Shown here: positions 53,600 through 62,388 of the stretch, piece after piece
How positions within the stretch are numbered: the stretch's first letter is position 1
Layout: every line of letters begins with the position of its first letter
Assembly (NCBI GenBank): GCA_011109175.1
Contig: RDEW01000058.1
Span: 6,033-70,032, forward strand
Source of the DNA: Dicyema japonicum
Lineage: Eukaryota; Animalia; Dicyemida
Length of the DNA: 64,000 bases
Direction: 5' to 3'
The notes under the pieces: generated by a model
The model's database searches: none
The model's input: only the letters and a program-made list of their open reading frames with translations
Told to the model about the DNA's origin: nothing
Translations under genes and position numbers: made by a program

Positions 53600-53925
53600 T
53601 TTTTGTTAAAAATCGTAAGATTCGGTTTCGGAATCTACAACTCTCGGTTTCGGATTTCTACGCATTAGCGAAAAAGATGGACGCCCACTAAGCCTCTCAC
53701 TGTTCCACGCAAAAGAAAATCGATTAGCTAAGAAATTTCCTTCCCCAATCGGCTTCCTCTGCAAGGATACAAAGAAGACATCTCCGTTCGACAGTGGGAA
53801 CAATGGAGACGCACAGGTTTAGGATGGCACATTTGGTTGCGGAACTGGGATCACCTAACTAGTTGACTTTACTTTTGTCTTTCGTTCTCGGTGATCCCGG
53901 GGTTAATAAATAAAATAAATAATTA
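53600..53925 (+). mobile_element. LINE 3' end with 11-bp stem-loop
   Basis: CTGGGATCACC (53845-53855) / GGTGATCCCGG (53890-53900) followed by GGTTAATAAATAAAATAAAT. Confidence 0.65.
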
Positions 53926-54429
53926 TTCCCGCATAAACCGTCTAAGAACGAAATGATGTCCGCGATGGTATGACGTGTGATGAAAATAGAAGAGGCGGAC
54001 CTACTTCTCCACCTCTCTTCTGGAATGGAAGCCTGTAATGAATTGTCGGAGGATGTATTTTTATGCCACAAGCAATGCTCTCCCTTAAATTTCTCCTTGT
54101 AGTTGTGACTGTTTGTGTTGGGCTTACTAAAATTATAAGCCTGAGGTTAAAAAAAGAAACAAATAATTTTTTTGTGCATTGGAATCAGGAAAATCGCACA
54201 AAAAAGTATTTCCCTTCTGCTTGAACTAATTTTTATTTTTTTTTCTTATAATGCCGCATTTTCTTTATGGTGAATGGGTGTCTTGAATAGTCTCGCCACA
54301 AAATGAAAACTTTGGAGGATTCCTAGAGATGGATGGAATTTTTTCTTTAAAAATCACTAAATATTCTAAGAATGTAAATTTGACCTAAAAAGAACTATTA
54401 AATCAAAGATATCGAATAAATATGAAAGG

Positions 54430-55985
54430 AGGATTATCATAGGCAACTATCGTAGAAACATAATTGTTATATTTCCACACGAGCTTAAAGCGATTTTTCT
54501 GATCAATCTCGTCCATCCTCCCCTGTTACACGTCAAACTTTCCATAGCATCCAGATGCTTGCCATTTACGAGCCTCCGGTTGATTGCTTTGAGATCCCGG
54601 TAGCGTAGTACGCGGGCGCCCCCGATATTTTTTTCCACTTGCAGCGAAATATTCCTCCATTGCCAAATTTGCAGGTGATGTGGGACGTGTTCAAACAGTC
54701 TCCATAGGGCCTCCACCACATCTTAAGTCACAGGTCGCGTTGAGCACTTCCGGTGCAGTGCCTCATTGATGATCCGTGTCGGCCATTGTACCCCGCACAG
54801 TATTCGTAATTGCATTCGGTGGAAGGAGTTAAGATTTTTGGTTTCTGAGACCTAGGTCCTCCAGCAAAAAAAGTTATATAACAAGACCCGCTTCACAAAA
54901 GCATTGTAGAGGCGCGATTGTTACCGGTCTGTTAGTCAACCAATCCGTCTTCATCCTGTTAAGTGCGACCGTCGATAGTACTTTTCTTCGGTTATGTCTC
55001 ATTGTCTCCGAGGAGGGAGCCGAGCTTTCTGGAACGTCTCCATTCCTCTTCCAATCTTGATCCCATCGTACGATTTCCACAAAATCAGTTTTAGTTGTAT
55101 TCACCGTAAGAAACCATTTCCCAAGCTCTGCAGGAGCAACGTCAAGTACCCGCCTCATGGCTGGTTTATTTTCCGATACAAAATCCACATCATCAGCGTA
55201 TATAATTTCGGTGATTTGGCTATTATACAAACTTTGAAGACCACGTAGTGCTGCTTCCAGGTATACCACAAACAGCAAAGGGGAAAGGGAGTCTCCCTGG
55301 GGGTACCCACAATCGTCGAAAAATTTCTGGACGACGTACTCCCAGTTCTTTGCTCGATAATAAAACTTGTATCATCCTGACAGAATCCCTATTAAGTTAA
55401 AAGTTAACTACTAACTAAGTGATCCCGGTTTTCCGGGTTCTGGCTCTCGTTCGGGGTCCTCAAAGATCCAACAGAATTGGTAAAAACGGGGACGGTCTCA
55501 TTCTCCATAGATTCCCTACATTTTCTAGATAGTCGGATGTAGAAAGTGAATGCGGACATCCTGTTTTCATTGCCTACTGTAGAAATGACTTCACTCTCCA
55601 CCTTAGATATTCTTGGGGTAAAAAATCTCTATTAAGGAATCCCCAAAGCAGCAATAAGCTTTCCTTGGCGTATTGTGTCGAAAGCTCTCGACGTGTCGAT
55701 CCCCAAAATTGTAGTCTCACTCTCAAATCTTTGGTAAGTGACACAACGCCACCTATGCCCCCAGACCACATCAGCGGTAGATCTGCCTGTCCTGAATCCA
55801 CTGTGGCTCGAGGACAGGAATTCATTCACAGGCTCTTACACACGATTCAGCACCACCAGAGCAAGGACCTTTCTTAGCGTATTGAGTAGGATGACTGGGC
55901 GCAGGTTTTCCACAGGGCCCGCCCTTTTATTCGGTTTTTGAATCGGGACCAGATTTCCTTTACCCAACAGAAGGTCGTTAGTTGC
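54430..55985 (-). mobile_element. 5'-truncated, frameshifted RTE (second subfamily), interrupted by an insertion at 55397-55628
   Basis: 'GPVENLRPVILL', 'SGFRTGRSTADVVWGHRW', 'GVPQGDSLSP', 'IIYADDVDF' and 'WRLFEHV' are collinear with the intact RTE. Confidence 0.85.
55397..55628. mobile_element. 232-bp LINE 3'-end insertion with an 8-bp direct repeat and an internal inversion
   Basis: CTATTAAG at 55389-55396 and 55629-55636. The left part is the reverse complement of the 49350-49500 family; the last ~20 nt (TTCTTGGGGTAAAAAATCT) match that family's terminus in forward orientation. Confidence 0.65.
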
Positions 55986-56220
55986 AAACATTGTTCATTG
56001 CGTGTGGAAACAAAATGGTTATTCAGACGGTCTACCTAATTTGATAATTGAAAAGTTTAACAAAATTTTAATAAGGCGATTATCTTTTTTATCAAAAAAT
56101 AAGAAATTAATACTATTAACTAATCCTCTTACCTACTGTCGTTTTCACAATATTTTTACAGTTACTTGACTGTTGTATTTAAATTTATTTAAAAAATAAA
56201 GTAGCAAGTTCTAACGAAAA

Positions 56221-56272
56221 GGTCCTACAGAGATCCGAACTCGGGTTACCGAGTGATAGCCACTACATCATG
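56221..56272 (-). pseudogene. tRNA-Gln-like fragment lacking the anticodon arm
   Basis: Reverse complement TGATGTAGTGGCTATCACTC-GGTAACCCGAGTTCGGATCTCTGTAGGACC-TTTT has A-box, B-box, 3' acceptor strand and a T4 terminator. A weaker related piece lies at about 56545-56585. Confidence 0.4.
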
Positions 56273-57002
56273 TTTGGGAATCTTTCTGCACTCCTTACCA
56301 CCGCATCAACAATTGCGAAGTCATCAGTCCAAGTTTGATGGAGAAACGATGCAAACAGTATCTTCTTCATGTTGATCCCAGCGCTTCCAATCGAGAGGGC
56401 ATGATCCATCCGCCTCTCCCTTCGCATCTTCCAAAATTAGATTGCTTCAAGATAAGATTTTTTTGCTTCTTCGCTTGTAGATTGAACAAGGATTAGGTCG
56501 TCGTTTCGAACACGTTAAACGTATTAAAAGTTAAACGAAATCGGTTACCGGATTTAGAGTGATTGATAACTGCTACTCCATATTACCTGATTTACATTAA
56601 ATTTCAAATTCATTTCTTTGTTTATTAATCATACGGAATTTTGTTTTTCTTTTTATAATCAAACAAATATTTTCACAATTAATCGACAGCCCTATTAATA
56701 GACGATTAGGCGGATTCAAAGATAAGGACTACTAAGGAAATTGTCCGGTTACAGAGTCAGGTAACTTCTGCAGTCTTCTCGAGAAATCAGTTAAAGTTAT
56801 CAAGTAAATGTATACAGGTCACAGAAACCCCCTATGTGGAGATCAAATGATCCCTTCCGTGTCAGTGTGTCCCACTAATGAGAACAAGGGAATATCATGA
56901 ACAGTAAAAAGGAAGAGAAACCACGCTATCGTGTCCTTAATGAGATAAAAGCCCACCCAAAAACCGAAATAATAAAAAATATGACAGAAATAATTAAATA
57001 AT

Positions 57003-57641
57003 CTATTTACTATTAAGAATCTCAGCAAATGAGTTCATCCCCTCAAAGATTCCACTCCCGTTAATGGCATCACTAGGTTGATAAATGACCTAACATTATA
57101 AAACAGAATACCCGTCGATTTTGGTCATTTGGCAAGGCAAAAATATTAGCAAGTTCATCACACGTCAGAGCATCAGGCAAATCCTGCTTGTTGAAGTAAA
57201 TTAGAACGGTGACATCCTGCATTACTTTTTCCTGCAGCTAAAAATATCACTGGGGGTTAACCATGGAGTGTAGTGTAGTCTTTGATTCGTCAATCCGTTG
57301 TTTGTCGTTGCTATCGACAACGTAAATAAGTCCCTGTGAGCCCTCGTAGTAGTGGCTCCAGAGACTCCGAATGTTTGCCTGACCACCAACGTCAAAAACG
57401 GTGAAGGAAATGTTTTTATATTCGACGGTTTCAACGTTAAAACCTAAACTTAATCAATCCTGATACCAAGCGTAGGAATGGTGCTTACAACGACTCCCAT
57501 TTTCAGTGAATATAAGATGGTGGTCTTCCCTGCTCCGTCTAGGCCAACTGGTTACATAATAAAATATAGTGAACGCATTAATATCTTCATTGGCTTGGAT
57601 CCCATCAGTCTATTGAATATTCTGGAGATTGTAAGACCCAT
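57003..57641 (-). CDS. ARF: ADP-ribosylation factor family small GTPase, 180 aa, 5 exons
   Basis: Introns 57548-57574, 57444-57466, 57238-57261 and 57090-57111 (27,23,24,22 nt) leave 543 nt in frame: 'MGLTISRIF...[12 protein letters not shown]...[27 protein letters not shown]...NKQD...'. Confidence 0.95.
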
Positions 57642-58159
57642 CCACACGAATAAATACACGAAACAAATATTCAAATATTTGTATAAAATTAAAAATATTT
57701 TAATTAAATTAATATGAATTTTAAATTTAGGCTTTTAAATTAAACCGTAATGTGACTATGAAGCCACAAACTACAGGCCGTGGTTTCCTGCGCTTCTCCA
57801 AAAACCAGGAAAACCATTTGGGGAAAGGATTACCCTTGTCGATGAATCCAGATCGGTTTTGGTGAGACATCTCGTTCTAGCACTCTAGAGAAATTCGGGG
57901 AGACATTTCGTAAGCTGTAGGATCGCTTGCGGACCACTCGATGAGAGTGAGTGAGAGTTACTAGAAGTGGTTTGAAGACTTTTAAGTAAATAAAGCCATA
58001 AACTATCTTTGGTGAATAAATGTTAACTTGGACCTGATCTCAATAGAATTCTAACCTCGTATACCCAACTTTGAAGGAGATTTGTAATTTTTTGAGAGTC
58101 TTCGATATTAGGACATTAAAAGTTATGATTAATAGACAATCAATATGAAGGTCATACAG

Positions 58160-58400
58160 TAACTGACTGTTTGGCTATTCCCTCTCAGAATGGCGAGCGA
58201 GATTCTCTCAGCAGGCCTCACAGAGATCTCCAGTGAGTGTAGAAATCCGATTCCCTAGACGACCCAGGAATTCGAGCTTCAAAAACCAAGAGAACCGGAT
58301 GTTTCAGCTGCAAGCGGAATAAACAAAACATCCTCTGATAAGACCGCGTATTTTGCTTTTTGATAGATCAGAGCAGGAACTTTGATGTAGGCGAAACATT
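58160..58400 (-). mobile_element. CRE-clade 3' remnant
   Basis: 'KYAVLSEDVLFIPLAAETSGSLG...ERISLAILRGNS'. Confidence 0.65.
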
Positions 58401-59241
58401 TTATAAGACTACGGTGATCTTTCATTTCCTACGGTGATCTTTCTTTAATATAGCTTTATTTGCTTTCTGCGTTTCACTTGTACAATATCCCAAGCGATCC
58501 CAACTCATCATAACGCAACTCAGTAAGCAGTTTTGAACTTCTTGCGTTAATTTGACTTTCAAAAACCTAAAGCAAATTAATAAATTAAATTCCAAATGAA
58601 TCCGATTTCGCCAGCGACAAAGGCAGAATCACAATTCTATAAATGCTGCAGATACATCCGTAAATGACTCCATCCGCTCTTGACTCCTTTATTATAAACA
58701 AGAATTCTCAGATTACAAGGGCTTACATCCCTCAATTTTCTTTTTACAGGCCTCAGATCCCCATCGGGAATTTCAGGATGTGTTATATGAAAATGTCCAC
58801 AAAAATTTCTCCCAATAAACAACGCGTATATTTTATTGCCTCAAATTACCAGCTAACTAAGTGTCCAGACAAAAAATAGTACTGACGAAAACGGGCATTT
58901 TGTAATGCTCTTCTCATTGGAATAATATCACCTCAGAGAGGTTTTCAATGTATCCGATAAGAATTCCGTAGATTGCAGTTAGGAAAGTTGCTTTTCATAG
59001 GAATTATTGTTGTCGACAATAAAATAGATTTGGCAAGTCTTTCAAGAAACATAGACTCTAAAATAGGATCAATGACTCTGGTGGTGGTTCTCTGTTAACC
59101 AAGAACATGGATGGCCATTGATCACGATGCACAAGCATAGATATTGATCGACCAACAGGGGATCGACAAACTGGGTTCTAGAGTTTTAAGGAGATCCTTA
59201 GAATGTAAATTGAAAAAAACTGTTTAAATAAAATCATTTAG

Positions 59242-61989
59242 TTAATTCTTTTTATCCTTCTTTTTAGGAATTCTAAAGTTTGGGACAAAATCCTCAGAAT
59301 ATACAAATCTCTCCTTATGAAACTGAGTCAAATTTCTTTCGGTTTCCGACGTAACATCGACCGGGGACGGCTTATAAACTTCTAACGGAGTGTAATCCAT
59401 CATAGAAGGAACTGAATTATTCTCAGTAACTGGGTTTCTGTGAAAATCTTGATTATAGGAATTTTCCAACAAAGCGTTTTCCACTATACTTGTCACATTC
59501 TTGTTTCCAGAATAGCACGAATATGAATCTTTAACCACGAAATTCTCATCAAATTGAGGATCATCATTTTCAAATTTAAAAATAGATTTGGCGGGCAATT
59601 TTGTATATTTTTCTGTGCTTTGTGAGTGATAGCTAAAATCCCTTTCTGTGAAGGACGAATCATTATAGACATCCTCAGATTTAAAAGAAAACGAAGTCTC
59701 TGAGCCTTTAGACCAATTCTGAGATTGAAACTCAAAATCAGGTAACAGCTCTGGTCTAATATAGTCAGGTTTAGTAATATGCCGATTCTTACTCTTCGTT
59801 ATTCCAACAAAATCAGGATCTTGACCAGAATTGTTAATATTTCTAGCATCAAAAATGACATTCGAGTTTTTCTTTCTTCGAGTTCGTTTTTCCTTCATCT
59901 GAGTCTCATCACGAATCTTTCTTGGTCGACCACGAGGCTTTCTCTGGCATTCTTGATCACATTCCTCAGTCATTTTGCATCTTAAAAACGTTTCTGGTTC
60001 ACAGTTAATCTCTTGGACGTGTTTGTTGGGACTTTTCTCTTTTTTCGGCCACTCCCAAGAGAGGGGCGTCGAAGGTGTACCCACCAGGAACATTACGATT
60101 TTCAGAGGAAGAGAAAAACTTCATTTTAGCAAACTTCTCTTCATAAGTAGGAATCCCAAAGTCAGCATTTGTTTTGTTGCTGATATATTTCACATAACCA
60201 GGCGACTCCTCCTTATTAATTTGGGTTTCCTGCTCCTTAGTGACTTCCATGGACTCAGAAATTCCGCATGCCTCTGAATTGTCGTCAAACTAAGTTAAGG
60301 TCAAACGTGCTTCCAGCTACCTGCGAAATTGGCTCATATTCTGAACCAATTACTTCATTTTTCAATAAATTCAAATCCTGTGACTCAGATTCAACACATT
60401 CTGTGATATGTAGAGCTTTCAGTACTATAGGAACGGACAAAAAGCTAGAAACTTATTAAATGAGTAAAAACCGACGAAAAATGATGGTTAATTTTCTACT
60501 CAGTTCTTCATCTCCTTCCACGTGGCAAGAGGGTTCAGAGAAAGTCAGAATAAAGTCCACTACTGGTAAGTACATTATATACGGATTAAAAAGTCATCCT
60601 TGTAAACCATAAGTAAAGATATTTTGCTTTCGGAAATACCTCTGATGGCAATGTTTCCAATTTCACGCTGGTTAACCATTTCTGGAATAGATTTGGCGGT
60701 CTTTTTCAGCGGATTTTGCAAACAGTTTAGTAGTGTCGTGTTTAATAAAAGTTGGTTTCTAACAATATTGACGATTGAAATTAATTGGGAGATATTTCCG
60801 AAGCAAATGTAATCCAATTTGTAACCATTCTTAGATTTCAATATTTTAAAGTCAATATTCTGAAAATTTAGAATACAAGATACGCTCATTTCCTTAGTCT
60901 TGGCAATATCCAAATCTAGTAGACTGATAAACTCTCCCTTTTCTCCATTTCCGACGTTCATTCCTTCAATTCCGGCCAATTTAGTCATATTTTCTTCACA
61001 CATCACAACAGAATGTTCAAAAGTCAAGGCAAACGCAAAATTGGAAGGGCAACTATTCGACTGAGGAGATCTCATGATCAACTCACTAAACATGAAATAA
61101 AGCTTATAAACGAATTTTCAGACGAGCAAAGTGGCTGTGTTTGAATCTGGCAGGAAACACCTCCTTTTACCTCAACGTAAGCTTTAAAGCACTTTTTGCC
61201 ACGTTGAAATATCGTGAGACAGGTAGGCACACCTTGAATTGTTAAAAATCAAAACCAATCTTTCTTGTTTCGGATGCTCCCAGTAAAAGTCTGTTAATCC
61301 TATCCGATTCCCCGTCTCTAAAAATATCGACAAAACAAACTTTAGACATGAAAATATCGTATCGATGTCTTTCTCTAGTGAGCACAGGCATCTGTACATT
61401 AAAAGCAAGTCGTTCCTTCGAAGGTTAAATAAGCAAAATAAACGAGGTCGCCTGAAAATTAAACAATCTCTTCAGTCCCTTCAAATGCTCGACAAGTTGA
61501 ACGACGTCAAGTTTTCTAAAATTTAAAAATGGCTCGAACTTTAGAATCGGCAAAAATAAAGGAAAGTTCTAAAGTAATTAGGATGCGATACCTTTTTTTC
61601 ATTTCTCAGCACAAAGTTGACGTTAGAGACTTTGGGTCCGTCGGCAATCGTAAATTCGATATGAAAGTTATTTGTGCTTAGAAAACACTCGTGCCATTTT
61701 TTATTAAGGAAAATCTCAAATCTGCAACAATCGCAGCATATTTCAGCATCTCTATAACATTGCCAATTTTTGCTAATATTAGTTAGTTGTACAACCATCT
61801 CCTCTGTCAAGCCTGTCAGTTAAGACTTTTTTGACTTTTGTGAGGTATAAAGGGTTACATGTCATATCTCTCTACTTATAAGTAAATTGAATAAACATTA
61901 GCATTTAACTTCAGTTTTTCTAATGTTCTGTCCCACGAAAGATTTGAAGCCCTAGCTTTCTTTAAAATATCGTAATCTGTTATGCTCAT
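59242..61989 (-). CDS. MED1: Mediator subunit 1 homolog, ~810 aa, about 13 exons, C-terminal AT-hook; one -1 frameshift near 61682
   Basis: Twelve inferred introns of 20-31 nt give collinear matches (from memory) to the MED1 N-terminal domain: 'FLSTNNFHIEF', 'VEHLKGLKRLFNF', 'MYRCLCSLEKDI', 'IVNIVRNQLLLNT', 'ISESKISL' and 'RRFLSVPIVLKAL'. The spliced length is divisible by 3 once one base is added. C-terminal exon joins are less certain. Confidence 0.85.
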
Positions 61990-62388
61990 GTACCTTCCCC
62001 ACGAACAACTGAAATTCAAAATTTAAAAAAAATAATATTTATTAAATATTTAAAAATATTTATACTAAATCTAAAATACAAGAACTCAGTAATAATCTTA
62101 TTTACTATGATTATTTCTACCATAATTCTAATAAGTTTCACGCGTGTTTGCTTGACAGCATTAAGCACAACAAAGCCACTTAATTGCTGGTTTCCTAAAA
62201 AGGGCCGAAGCAAGAATTTGTATTTATTCATTAAACACGCTATATTTTAGTAAATGTTTTTATTTCGTCACTTATAAGCAAATGTTGACTCCTTAGCGAG
62301 AAGATCAAATGAAGAGTAAAGATGGATGACTGTTACAATACTTTTCTCATAGGAAAATTTTTCAAAATAAATTTAGTTACCTGGTTAC

